DNA of 64,000 nucleotides from a virus (lineage: Duplodnaviria; Caudoviricetes): positions 192,001-256,000 of IMG/VR virus record IMGVR_UViG_3300010355_000898, one strand, 5' to 3'. Both the position numbers and the translations under genes were made by a program. Position 1 is the stretch's first letter. Each line of letters begins with the position of its first letter. Positions 29,407 through 40,109 of this stretch are shown here, piece after piece. The notes beneath the pieces are model-generated. The model was given only the letters and a program-made list of their open reading frames with translations. It was not told the DNA's origin and did no database searches.

Positions 29407-32400
29407 TGCCAAATGTTAACACAATTGTTTACAATTCAACATCACAAATAGCTTCTGCAATCAATACAAAACAGTATGAAGTTGTCGGTATTAACACAGA
29501 TACGCCAACAGTGATATTGTTGTCTGAGTTCAAACCATTGTATGATTATAAGGACGGCGGCTATTCATTAACAAATGAAGGACAATTTCTTCAAAAACAG
29601 TTGTCAACACAAAATGTGTTGAATACATCAATCAGAAAATTGTTGAAAAATTTGAAAACAAATACATCAACTTCAAAAATGACAATTCAAACAGTAATAG
29701 ATCAAACATTGTCATTATTACAAAGTGCGCAATTGGTTGAACCATTTTTTGACATAAAATCATTGAAAACAAATGCAATCGTATATGCAAAGTCTCAAAC
29801 TGCATACAACAATCAATTGGAAATTGAATCAATATATTTGAACAGAATTCCTGCAATCATACCATCAGAGATCACAATTTCAGATCTGTTGAAAACGTTT
29901 GGTTATACTCAAATTGAAAAATGGTCACCAATGAAATTGTATCAACAATTGTTGGTCGAATTGAGACATTTAATTGTGTCACAATCACCAGTTTTTAGTT
30001 TTGAAACTAATTCAAGAACAACATCAATATCATTAACAAATCATCAAAATGGAATATTCATTCCAAATGATATTGTTCTGATACCACCATGGCCTGTTAG
30101 TGATGTGCAGAGATTATTGTATAGCAATCTTGTTGTTGGTACAACAGATTATTCATCAAATGATCTAATCAATTATGCAAAAGGTGTTGTCAATTCATTA
30201 ATGCCCTATAAATCAAAATTTCAAGGTGATAAATGTATTTGTCAACTTGCAATGATGTTATCAAAAGAATTCAATATTTCAACAGCACTAAATTCAAAAG
30301 AAGTTTTGAGTGCATTGGCTGGTAAATGGATGCCTCCACCACTTGAGAATGTTGAAAATGATTATGCTGTAATTGATGCAATAATTGGAAAATTTATCAC
30401 TGATGTAAATCAACCACACAATACGTTGGATAATTCACTCATAAATTCAGCATATACAATTGATTTTGATGGAAACTATGTAACAAACATTTCTGGTGGT
30501 TCTGATTGTGTACTCAAATCACCACAACAACATTATATTGATGAAACATTTTCAAACGTAACAAAAGACAATAATGGTAACACGAAGTTTGTAACAACAA
30601 ATTGTGATGCAAGAATTAAACAATTGGATGATAATTTGAATACATTACAAACATTTGCGAAGTATTCAAATTTGTATGGCGCAAAAACAAAATTGAAATA
30701 TAAGCTATCAACTGGTGGTAGTCTTGTTGACGTTCAAACAAATTTAACAAATCATACAAAATTGTTTGAAGACATTTTCAATATGATGTATCAATTGAGT
30801 TCAACACAAAATGTTGATGGCACAAAAACATACTATGTTGATGAAATTGACAAATTGACAGCAGTGTATGTTGACAACAAGATTGAAAAAGTATCAAAAT
30901 CATTATCATTCAAGCTGTTATGTTCAGCAGCATTGGCAGATGTGACAACAATGACAAGATTGATGGCACTCATTTTGTGGAAAATGAACATAAATCCAGC
31001 AAATACATTTGCAAATAACAGAATGAAAGATATTGTAACTCAACTTGTTAGTTCTGTTTTTGTTTCTCAAGGTACATATAAGCTCAGCAATAAACAACAA
31101 TTTATGTATGCAAGTGCAAATTATGCATCTACATACAAGATGAAATCATTTGTTGAATCAACAACAAAAGTACTCATGTATGGTGCAGACACACAAGGAA
31201 TTGATGTTTTTGAAAACGTTGTGTCATATATAAAAGCAATGTTAAGTCTGTATGAAAATAATGCATGCAGATCAACAACCACTGGTTTCAAAACGAGCAG
31301 ATTTGGTGGTTATTCAATGTTATTGATTGCATTGTTGATGACAAATTTGGTGATAAGAATTACAGCACAATTTTCACCATATTCATTGCAAGCTTCTGTT
31401 GCAACAACAGATACTCTTGGTAATGGTTTAGTTGTACAGATTGACAGTCAAAAAACACTTTATGGAACAAAGTATCAAAATATTGAGAATATTCTTGAAA
31501 AAGAATATGGGTACATGACACAAGCTCTGTTTTCAATTGAAGATATGATCCAAAAAACAAGATCTCAACTGTCAGGATTTATATCTTCAATAAATGGAAT
31601 TTCTGTTGAAAAGAATGAATTTAGAAATTTGTTATCAACAATTGGTGGTGATTTGATCAAATTTGCATCACCAATATCACGATCACATTTTAACATAGTC
31701 AAGGATACACAACTATCATTACCTAAAAATTTTGATCCAATGAAATCACAATCTGTTGATGAATTGTTGGATTTGATTGATACAACCGATTATGGTACTG
31801 ATTTTTACAATCTATTGTTGTCACATTTTAAGCAACAGGATTATTCAATTTCTAACAAATCATTCAATAAAAAAATCATATCAGTTGGAATTCCAAATGG
31901 TATGGCAGAGAAATTGAGAAAAGCTTCATATTATGAAAATGATACGTATGAAAATGATATCATATCAATTATGATAACAAAGATTGACAATTTTCAAAAA
32001 GACATTGTTTTCAACAAGAAAGAATATATGTTTGAATTGTCAAGATTTGTGAAGCGTGATATGACATCGATTAAGTCAGTGAAAGATTTGACATCATCAG
32101 ATGATGTGATCACAAATATACAGACATACAATTTTGCAAATTTGGATAATCAAAATTATCAGGGAAAAACTTACCCTGAAAGTCTTTCAGAACAACAATA
32201 TTCAAATTTGACACAAACTGGTAAAAAAAACATGATTTATAATCATATCATGAGTTTCTTTTTATCAATCTATATGCAAAAATTCACTGGTGTAAAACTT
32301 ATGGAAGAACAGTATTCATTGGTCGACAACACTGTTGATACACAACTTTCATCTCTCATTGCAAATCAATTTGCAAATACAAATCTTATTTCGCCAAAAT

Positions 32401-32699
32401 TTGTTTCAGAAACAAATGATTATCTAACAAACAGATTGAAGTCTGTTGACAACCAATCACTCATTATGCAATTGATGACACCAAAAAAGTTTGATAGAAT
32501 ATTCAATATTATTTTTGATCCAGATGATTTTACAATTGATCTCATAAAAACAGCATCAACTGATGTTGGTAAAAAAGTTTTGAATCAATTGTTGACAACA
32601 GGAAAAATGCAACAAAAATCTGGCGTTGGTATCCTTTCTAAAAAAGGAAAACAAGATATATCATTTGATAGTTACTTTGTAACAGTGAGAAACGTCTAA
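29406..32699 (+). CDS. Large hypothetical protein, likely virion
   Basis: 1097 aa, S/T/N-rich, coupled within the structural operon. Confidence 0.55.
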   Translation: MPNVNTIVYNSTSQIASAINTKQYEVVGINTDTPTVILLSEFKPLYDYKDGGYSLTNEGQFLQKQLSTQNVLNTSIRKLLKNLKTNTSTSKMTIQTVIDQTLSLLQSAQLVEPFFDIKSLKTNAIVYAKSQTAYNNQLEIESIYLNRIPAIIPSEITISDLLKTFGYTQIEKWSPMKLYQQLLVELRHLIVSQSPVFSFETNSRTTSISLTNHQNGIFIPNDIVLIPPWPVSDVQRLLYSNLVVGTTDYSSNDLINYAKGVVNSLMPYKSKFQGDKCICQLAMMLSKEFNISTALNSKEVLSALAGKWMPPPLENVENDYAVIDAIIGKFITDVNQPHNTLDNSLINSAYTIDFDGNYVTNISGGSDCVLKSPQQHYIDETFSNVTKDNNGNTKFVTTNCDARIKQLDDNLNTLQTFAKYSNLYGAKTKLKYKLSTGGSLVDVQTNLTNHTKLFEDIFNMMYQLSSTQNVDGTKTYYVDEIDKLTAVYVDNKIEKVSKSLSFKLLCSAALADVTTMTRLMALILWKMNINPANTFANNRMKDIVTQLVSSVFVSQGTYKLSNKQQFMYASANYASTYKMKSFVESTTKVLMYGADTQGIDVFENVVSYIKAMLSLYENNACRSTTTGFKTSRFGGYSMLLIALLMTNLVIRITAQFSPYSLQASVATTDTLGNGLVVQIDSQKTLYGTKYQNIENILEKEYGYMTQALFSIEDMIQKTRSQLSGFISSINGISVEKNEFRNLLSTIGGDLIKFASPISRSHFNIVKDTQLSLPKNFDPMKSQSVDELLDLIDTTDYGTDFYNLLLSHFKQQDYSISNKSFNKKIISVGIPNGMAEKLRKASYYENDTYENDIISIMITKIDNFQKDIVFNKKEYMFELSRFVKRDMTSIKSVKDLTSSDDVITNIQTYNFANLDNQNYQGKTYPESLSEQQYSNLTQTGKKNMIYNHIMSFFLSIYMQKFTGVKLMEEQYSLVDNTVDTQLSSLIANQFANTNLISPKFVSETNDYLTNRLKSVDNQSLIMQLMTPKKFDRIFNIIFDPDDFTIDLIKTASTDVGKKVLNQLLTTGKMQQKSGVGILSKKGKQDISFDSYFVTVRNV

Positions 32700-34568
32700 A
32701 TGGAAACATTGCCATCTTCACAAATTGTTGATATTGATATTCCAAATTATGAAGATCAGTTTAACGTACAGTTTGTATACAATTTTTTTGTTGAAGATGA
32801 GATGGTGAATACTGTAAATGACTCACAATTGAATTCATCATTGAATAATAAGATTTCATCCACAAATCAGAATGTATATGAACAATCATATTTGAAAAGA
32901 AAAGTACCAAGATATGTAAAAATTCAAATCTGTAACACTTTACAACAGTCTGGAAAAAATTCACAAGCTGAAATCTATTACACACAATTGAAATCTTTAA
33001 ATGGGTTGATCAAATCAAATCTTGACAGATTGATTGATGAAGATGTTGCAGCAACGTTCAGATACTATAGTGTAAACTATTATGATGTTAGCACAGATGC
33101 AAGAAACAATTATGTGATTTCCGGATCATACACCATGTTGAAAGCGACAGATGTGTTTGCGCCAATTTCACAAACAAAAACTACTCAACAACAATTTTTG
33201 AATGCTCTATCACCAAAAGCACACAATGAAATATCAAACAAATATAACAATTATGATCAGAATGCATTCATAAACTTAAATGTAAAAGTGAATTCACAAT
33301 TGTTATCAAAGGTCATTGACGATAATAATAGCAGATTTGTGGTGAACACAAATATGAATACAAATACGCCAATTGACAATTTGCAAGGAGTTGGCATAAA
33401 CAGTTTTCAATTATCTGAAGCAGATTATAGATTGATACTCAAACCAATTAGTGTTTCAACACTACAGCATGGCAATGTTCAAATTTCATCATATCAAACA
33501 AATCTTGTTGGCTATGTCATAACAAAAAAAAGAATAAATTTAGATGGAACATATGCTTCATTTGAACAGTTGACAGTTGAGACACCAGATATATCAACGA
33601 TATACGATACAGATATTTTGTTTGGTGCAGTGTATGAATACACAATAAGTTCTGTGTACAAGATTGATATTCCAGCTATTGATATTTTAACAGGTGAAGG
33701 AGTGTATGCTTCATTTCTATTCAAATCAAAACAATCATCAACCAAAACAGTGATTTGTGATGAGATGATACCACCTAAGCCACCAACAAATTTGATGTTT
33801 ATTTGGGACAATATGTCAGGTGTTGAGAATGTTTTACAGTATGATCAGCTAACAAATGAATATGTGAATTCTCCAACGTCAAGAGGAAGATTGATCATTT
33901 CATGGTCATTTCCAATTGGAACGCAATTGGATGTGAAACAATTTCAAATTTTCAGAAAAAAGAAACCAAGATATGGAACTTTTTATGACATTCCATATGA
34001 GCTGATAAAAGTGTACAATTTTGACAATTCAGTCATTCCAATGAAAAGTGATGACAATAATGTTGATACAAAATTGATTGAAAAAATGTCAAATCCAAAA
34101 ACATTCTTTATTGATGAGGAATTTGATAAAAATTCAGATTATGCATACACAATTTGTGCAGTTGATGCGCATGGCTATACTTCAAACTATTCATCACAAT
34201 TTGAAGTTTGGTTTGATCAAACTTCAGAAAAATTGAAGAAACGATTGTTATCAATTCAGGGTGCACCAAAAGCATATCCAAACATATATGCAAATTTTGA
34301 TATGTTTAATGACCTGATTAGGGTAAATGGTCCTAGAGCGACAAAATTTGATCTATATTTTAATCCAGAAGTTTACAAAATTCAGAAGGGTGACGATATT
34401 GTTGATGCTATAGCAACAATTCAAGATAATGTCTTGAAAGACAACAATGCAAAACGTTATTTGATTGATGTCGTAAATACAGATACAGCAACAGGATGTG
34501 ATACCAGTGTGTACATAACAACACAAAATGTTGTATCACCAATCATGTCATTTGCAATGAGACAATGA
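32700..34568 (+). CDS. FN3-domain structural protein
   Basis: PPKPPTNL, IISW, FQIFRK, YAYTICAVDAHG.TS.YS. Confidence 0.65.
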   Translation: METLPSSQIVDIDIPNYEDQFNVQFVYNFFVEDEMVNTVNDSQLNSSLNNKISSTNQNVYEQSYLKRKVPRYVKIQICNTLQQSGKNSQAEIYYTQLKSLNGLIKSNLDRLIDEDVAATFRYYSVNYYDVSTDARNNYVISGSYTMLKATDVFAPISQTKTTQQQFLNALSPKAHNEISNKYNNYDQNAFINLNVKVNSQLLSKVIDDNNSRFVVNTNMNTNTPIDNLQGVGINSFQLSEADYRLILKPISVSTLQHGNVQISSYQTNLVGYVITKKRINLDGTYASFEQLTVETPDISTIYDTDILFGAVYEYTISSVYKIDIPAIDILTGEGVYASFLFKSKQSSTKTVICDEMIPPKPPTNLMFIWDNMSGVENVLQYDQLTNEYVNSPTSRGRLIISWSFPIGTQLDVKQFQIFRKKKPRYGTFYDIPYELIKVYNFDNSVIPMKSDDNNVDTKLIEKMSNPKTFFIDEEFDKNSDYAYTICAVDAHGYTSNYSSQFEVWFDQTSEKLKKRLLSIQGAPKAYPNIYANFDMFNDLIRVNGPRATKFDLYFNPEVYKIQKGDDIVDAIATIQDNVLKDNNAKRYLIDVVNTDTATGCDTSVYITTQNVVSPIMSFAMRQ

Positions 34569-34644
34569 ATTTACATTTTTGATTGATGCAAATTTTGTAG
34601 TATTGATATGAGATAGAGACGTATAAGTAAATAATGAGTTACAT

Positions 34645-35346
34645 ATGGGATTTCTTGACAACAGCACAAACAACATAATTCTTGATGCAGTTTTGACTGA
34701 TACAGGACGTCAATTCATTGCAAAACAGGATGGATCATTTTTGATTCATAAATTTGCTTTTAGTGATGATGAGGTCGACTATTCAATTATTCAAAAGTAT
34801 GGAAGACAAATTGGTAGAGAAAAGATTGAAAAGAATACACCAATCTTTGAAGCAATAACAAATCAATCACAATCTCAAAAATATAAGTTGGTTAGCATAT
34901 CAAATCCAAATTTGACAAGATTGCCAAAACTTGATCTGATTAACACAACTTCAAATACAATTACGTTAGGCAGAAATAACAAAAAATATTCAGCAATATC
35001 AATTGAGCAATCAATTCAGGATGGTTCGACAATAGATGTTGAATTGAGAGATCAAACATTTACTGTTGAATTGAATAATCTGTTTCTTGAAGTTCAAAAA
35101 GAAGTTCCAGAATTGATTGATGGATATCAGAAAGCAACATATCTTTTGACAAGATCATCTTCAGTTACATCAGCTTCAGGATCAAAACTTGAATTCACCA
35201 TCAATGTAAAATCAATAAGTGATACACTTTTTACAACATATGGAACAACACAAAATAAATCACAAATAAAAACGTATGTTAAGGTTGTTGGTTTACAATC
35301 AGGCGCTGTGAAAGAATTTACAGTTGTGATAGATAAGAACGTATAA
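34645..35346 (+). CDS. Putative baseplate/tail structural protein
   Basis: MGFLD....ILDAVLTD.GR...A....F.I.KFAFSDDEVDY. Confidence 0.6.
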   Translation: MGFLDNSTNNIILDAVLTDTGRQFIAKQDGSFLIHKFAFSDDEVDYSIIQKYGRQIGREKIEKNTPIFEAITNQSQSQKYKLVSISNPNLTRLPKLDLINTTSNTITLGRNNKKYSAISIEQSIQDGSTIDVELRDQTFTVELNNLFLEVQKEVPELIDGYQKATYLLTRSSSVTSASGSKLEFTINVKSISDTLFTTYGTTQNKSQIKTYVKVVGLQSGAVKEFTVVIDKNV

Positions 35347-35360
35347 CGAGAGAATATTCA

Positions 35361-36569
35361 ATGGCAACCTATAAAGAACTTTTACCAAACAATATCAAAA
35401 CTGCTAGAACACAATTATCACAAATTGTTGATGTGTTGCAAGAGGATATAAGCGGTTCTGTATCAAGAAAAAAGTATCAACATTTTGTTACGGGTGGGAT
35501 TGGACCAGGTGTTACATCATCACTTTTTCAAACAGTTTATGATCAAGATTTCACAATGCAAACTGCAAACGCTGTATTTGATGTGACAGTTGGTCTATTT
35601 GAGGGTGGCGCAACTGTTTTAAACAGTACAACTGGAACTGATGCCGCTGGAAAATTGCTTTTCCCATCATCATCATTGATGATGAGAGAAAAGATTGACA
35701 ATTATAAGCAATTTGCTGGTACACTTTTGGGTGATACAACAGCACAATTCACGGCACCGTTTGACAGTACAGACACAAGTGATAACATTGATGTTGCAGC
35801 ATTTTTTGCAATCAAACGTTTGTTTGCAAGAGATCAGATAAAGAGAGAAACATTTGCTCTAAAATTTTATCAGACTGCTTCACTCAGTAAATATGATGGT
35901 GGAACATCAATATCAAATTTGTACAAATCTTCTGAATTGGGTGCTGCAATCTATACAGATGTTGGCAGTGCAACAAATAAATTGTCAACATTTGGTGGTC
36001 AAGTTGGAAATGTTGTGAATGCTGCAGACGTAACCCAAACTGTCGGTTTGCTATTTTATGATAGAGGAGTATTGGTACTTGATCTTGAAAAATGTACTTC
36101 AGGATCACAATTTGTGTCAGGAACAATTGATGCAATGAACAGCTTGGGTTATCAAACTCTTGGTGCTACAGGAACTGAAACAGCGTTAACATCAAAATTT
36201 ATACCTGATTTTATTGTTTCAGGTTCAATTGACAACATTGTTGATCATCTTTGCTATTCAAGATTTCAATCAGGTTCATATTCAGCAATGTTGTTTCAGA
36301 ATTCAACAAACATAAACAGTTCACTGATCTATTGTACCGGTGAAGCTGATGAATTCAACTACAGTTCAAATCCAACATTTACAGATGAAAATGATAGAAT
36401 AGTTGTTATTGATGAAGGTCAAGAAGATGTTCAACAAACGTTTTCATATATAACAGGTGTTGGACTGTATGATGCAAATGATAATCTGCTTGCAATGGCA
36501 AAAACATCAAGACCAATTGAAAAAAGTCCTGAAAGACAAATTACATTGAGAGTAAGATTGGACGCATAA
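35361..36569 (+). CDS. Putative tail/baseplate structural protein
   Basis: VG.LFYD.G, EFNYSSNPTF, YITGVGLYDAND.LLA.AK.SRPI.K, VRLD. Confidence 0.6.
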   Translation: MATYKELLPNNIKTARTQLSQIVDVLQEDISGSVSRKKYQHFVTGGIGPGVTSSLFQTVYDQDFTMQTANAVFDVTVGLFEGGATVLNSTTGTDAAGKLLFPSSSLMMREKIDNYKQFAGTLLGDTTAQFTAPFDSTDTSDNIDVAAFFAIKRLFARDQIKRETFALKFYQTASLSKYDGGTSISNLYKSSELGAAIYTDVGSATNKLSTFGGQVGNVVNAADVTQTVGLLFYDRGVLVLDLEKCTSGSQFVSGTIDAMNSLGYQTLGATGTETALTSKFIPDFIVSGSIDNIVDHLCYSRFQSGSYSAMLFQNSTNINSSLIYCTGEADEFNYSSNPTFTDENDRIVVIDEGQEDVQQTFSYITGVGLYDANDNLLAMAKTSRPIEKSPERQITLRVRLDA

Positions 36570-36589
36570 AGTTTTGATAGTTATGCAAC

Positions 36590-39079
36590 ATGTCATTCTT
36601 TAATTTCAATAGTGATGATCTTGAAGTATTTACACTGATAACATATCCAAGTAGACTTTTTAGCTCAAGCTCAAATGGAGTTATTGGAAGTGTAAATGTT
36701 TTCAACAGACGATCACAAATTGAAAAAGATATTGATCCAATATCATCATGTGTTAACAGTACACATGATGATGCTGACATATCAAATCAATTGCAATCAA
36801 TCACTTCAAAATGTGGAGTAAAAGTATCACTAAAACAGTCAATATATGATGAGATGACGTCATATATGAATGCTGTGAATTCTCAAAAACAGTCAATCAA
36901 AAAACAGAAACAACTTGAAATTTTGAGATCTGTACCGGGAAATGTATATGATACATCTTTTCAAAAAAAGATAATTGCAAAAAATTTGCAATCACATTAT
37001 AGGGTTGAATATTCTCACAATGATTGGAAATATAACAACTATTGTAGTCTGAATTTTTATTCAGGATCATCAGTTCCAGAACAGTCTGCACTCCTGTATC
37101 CAGATCCAGGAGAGAATCCAAATTCTTCATTGTATGAAGGTTATGTAACAGGAACATACAGTCTGCTTGGACCATTCAGCTTTGAATTCTATATCAATCC
37201 AAAATATAAACAAGAATCTGAACATTTTAACGCAGGAACAATTTTTCATCTTTCATCTTCATACGCTATATCACTTATTTCTGGATCAAAAAGGGACGAT
37301 TTTGGCAATGCCGAAATGTTCAGATTGCAATTGCAATTGAGCGCTAGCGCTGATATTAGACCAGATCTTGCTGTTCCTGGAAGTCATCCAAATAATTTCA
37401 CATTTTTGTCTGATGACAACAGCCTTCAATGGAATAAATGGCATCACGTTGTCATCAGATGGGGTACAAGTGATGTTGAATATGGGACCGGTTCTTTTGT
37501 TGTTGATGGAGAAGTTAAGGGAACATTTGTTATACCATCACAATCAATAGCGCCAAAATTGTTCAAAAACAGTGATAATCCTGCTCTGTTGACAATTGGA
37601 AATTATTATGTTGGAACAAATGCTGGCAATAGTTCACAAACAAGATTTTTTTCATCATATGTATCATACACTGAAGGTCTCAAAGAATTGTCTGCGTTGT
37701 CAGATAATCAACCTGAACAGTATGGATTTACAAATCCACTCAATGCTGAATTGCATGATTTGTCAATAAAGAGATATTACGTAACTGATGATGAAATTAT
37801 TCAGAATGGTGGTAGAGGACCAGAGATATCTGATGTAATTGATACAGAAAAGTATGCATTCTATCTTGGGCCACAATTTCATGAATTGTCACCAATTAGA
37901 AAAAAGTATGTTAATGATTATGCATCACCCGGTGGATATAAGATCACACCAGTAATGAATATTGACGGTTCAACAAAAACACCTTTTGGAACATTTATGT
38001 CAGGTATTGGTGGTAATTACATCAATATTGAAAATCATGTTGTTGATGCAACAAATTCAAATTGGCCAAGATGTCACCTGATGTCAAGCTCAATAACTGT
38101 TGAAGCATCTGATAATATTGTTGATTGCAATGAAATTCTTTATCAGGATGAATTCATTAGGAGAAGAAATACGCTGATACTTCCATGTGATGATGGAAAT
38201 TTTGTTCCATCATATGTAATTGCACAATTGAATTCAAACAATAACAGTATGCACACTGATTACGTTGGAAATGTTGACTATTCAATGGTTCAACTTGGAA
38301 ATGTGTATACATCAAGTTCATTCATAATTTCATCACAATTGTATGCAGCTCAAGAAGGAACACAAACATTTGCTGATGATCTCATAGGACCAACACCTGA
38401 ACACCCATTGAGAGCATATGGTCCTGCACTATCTTCATATATGAAGAGCTTGTACAGAGATGCACACTCTTCTGATGGGTATCAATACTCAAAAGTTTAT
38501 GCTGAACCAAATGTAATCTATTCCAGAACATTTGATAAGGCTTCAAATAATGTTACACTATTCAATATTAGTAACCTCTATTATGGGATGAAGATTAAAC
38601 CTGGGTCATTTTCAATTAAAGATGTATCCATTACAGGCTCAAATGGTAGATATGGTATAACGTTGCATGATGATGGGTTTGGTGGGTTGTACAGATCAGA
38701 TTGTTATGGTAAACAGGCAACCACAAATACAGTTGGAACAGTATTCTATGATGAAGGATTGATTGCCATCATAAATCCATATTTGAACCTTTTTGGAAAA
38801 GATCAGTTTGAAATATCATTCAAAGGTGTACAAAATGTTCATGTTGCAAAATATAGTGTGACAGCAAATGCAAATACATTGAACAGCTCAAAAAATCCTT
38901 CATACAAATTGTTGTCTGCATCACTCAATGCAAATGATCAGAATTCAAAATTTGTTGCAATATCAGGTATCAATTTTCATGATGACAATTACAATATTGT
39001 TATGAAATCTCAATTGGCACAACCAATTGTTAAGAGAACAACAGATACAATAACTTTCAAAGTGAAGTTTGATTTTTGA
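36590..39079 (+). CDS. Structural protein with LamG/ConA-like domain; C-terminus paralogous to 35361
   Basis: FSFEFYINP, KWHHVVI and FVVDG (LamG-like); IKPGSF, DDG.G.L, VG.VFY.EG, S.NPS, LAQPI.K, VKFDF. Confidence 0.65.
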   Translation: MSFFNFNSDDLEVFTLITYPSRLFSSSSNGVIGSVNVFNRRSQIEKDIDPISSCVNSTHDDADISNQLQSITSKCGVKVSLKQSIYDEMTSYMNAVNSQKQSIKKQKQLEILRSVPGNVYDTSFQKKIIAKNLQSHYRVEYSHNDWKYNNYCSLNFYSGSSVPEQSALLYPDPGENPNSSLYEGYVTGTYSLLGPFSFEFYINPKYKQESEHFNAGTIFHLSSSYAISLISGSKRDDFGNAEMFRLQLQLSASADIRPDLAVPGSHPNNFTFLSDDNSLQWNKWHHVVIRWGTSDVEYGTGSFVVDGEVKGTFVIPSQSIAPKLFKNSDNPALLTIGNYYVGTNAGNSSQTRFFSSYVSYTEGLKELSALSDNQPEQYGFTNPLNAELHDLSIKRYYVTDDEIIQNGGRGPEISDVIDTEKYAFYLGPQFHELSPIRKKYVNDYASPGGYKITPVMNIDGSTKTPFGTFMSGIGGNYINIENHVVDATNSNWPRCHLMSSSITVEASDNIVDCNEILYQDEFIRRRNTLILPCDDGNFVPSYVIAQLNSNNNSMHTDYVGNVDYSMVQLGNVYTSSSFIISSQLYAAQEGTQTFADDLIGPTPEHPLRAYGPALSSYMKSLYRDAHSSDGYQYSKVYAEPNVIYSRTFDKASNNVTLFNISNLYYGMKIKPGSFSIKDVSITGSNGRYGITLHDDGFGGLYRSDCYGKQATTNTVGTVFYDEGLIAIINPYLNLFGKDQFEISFKGVQNVHVAKYSVTANANTLNSSKNPSYKLLSASLNANDQNSKFVAISGINFHDDNYNIVMKSQLAQPIVKRTTDTITFKVKFDF

Positions 39080-39471
39080 TGAAAAAGAAGAAAAAGAAAT
39101 CAGCAAAATTTACAAATGGTATGCACCATTCAACCAAAACAGGTATGACATACAACTATAAGAGCAGTTGGGAATTGGCATACATGAAATTTCTCGATAA
39201 ATCTGATGATGTTAAATCATACCAATATGAACAGGTTATCATAATGTATGTATGCAAACTGAAAATGTATAATCTGAGAAAATATCTTCCTGATTTTTTG
39301 GTTGAATATTTGGATGGTAGAAAAGAATTGATTGAGATAAAACCTGCATCAAAAGTGAAAGACTATCAGGTTGCTGAAAAAGCAAAAATTGCAGAACAGT
39401 GGTGCAGAGAACACAATGCAACATTCAAATTTATGACAGAAGTTGATCTCAAAAAAATTGGTGTACTATAG
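39079..39471 (+). CDS. TnsA-like nuclease / T4 gp4-like head completion protein
   Basis: YKSSWE..YM..LD, YE...I.Y, YLPDF, IEIKP, K...A..WC, F..MTE. Confidence 0.8.
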   Translation: MKKKKKKSAKFTNGMHHSTKTGMTYNYKSSWELAYMKFLDKSDDVKSYQYEQVIIMYVCKLKMYNLRKYLPDFLVEYLDGRKELIEIKPASKVKDYQVAEKAKIAEQWCREHNATFKFMTEVDLKKIGVL

Positions 39472-39478
39472 TGTACAT

Positions 39479-40060
39479 ATGTCTCATTTAATTGGATTTG
39501 ATATATCAACAACATACATTGGAATAACTGTTCTGAATGCAAATAGAGATTTTGGCAGTGATGGATTAAACATTGCAAAGCTTGAACACATTGATTTCAA
39601 AGATTGCAAAACATTTTGGGAAAAGGCTGACAAAGTTAAAAGTCTTTTTGAACAATGGAAATTGACAAAACCATTCGATGATATCGAAGAAATATATGTT
39701 GAGGATGCCGCAAAAAGGTATTCAACTGGTAAAACTAGTGCTGACACAATTGCAACATTGCTAAAGTTCAATGGGCTTGTTTCATATTTTGCAAGATGTG
39801 TGTGGAATTGTGAACCTGAAATGATATCGGTTGCACATGCAAGAAAATTGTGTGGTTTGAAAATGCAACAGTCAAAAATTTGTCAAAAAACTCATAAAGA
39901 ACAAACATTTGAGCAGATGATGAACACTGATTTGAAACATATCACTTGGGAAAAAAAGAAAAAGAGTGAACGAATAGTTGATTGGGCCAATGATATTGTT
40001 GACAGTTATGTCATAGCAAAGGCAGGACACAAATCACGTAATCGTCAATTTCAAACATGA
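39479..40060 (+). CDS. RuvC-like Holliday junction resolvase
   Basis: IGFDIST..IG, IYVED, L.KFNG, ARK, DIVDS.VIA. Confidence 0.75.
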   Translation: MSHLIGFDISTTYIGITVLNANRDFGSDGLNIAKLEHIDFKDCKTFWEKADKVKSLFEQWKLTKPFDDIEEIYVEDAAKRYSTGKTSADTIATLLKFNGLVSYFARCVWNCEPEMISVAHARKLCGLKMQQSKICQKTHKEQTFEQMMNTDLKHITWEKKKKSERIVDWANDIVDSYVIAKAGHKSRNRQFQT

Positions 40061-40074
40061 ACATTTGAACATAT

Positions 40075-40102
40075 TGTACATTCAAATGTAATACACTATA
40101 AT
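40075..40102 (+). promoter_or_regulatory. Sigma70-like promoter, leaderless
   Basis: TGTACA-N16-TATAAT-N7-ATG(40110). Confidence 0.6.
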
Positions 40103-40109
40103 TGCATCA

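Noticed and set aside
39079-39471. Tn7 transposon, from the TnsA-like fold
   Set aside because: No TnsB/TnsC or transposon ends; position fits a T4 gp4-like head completion nuclease.
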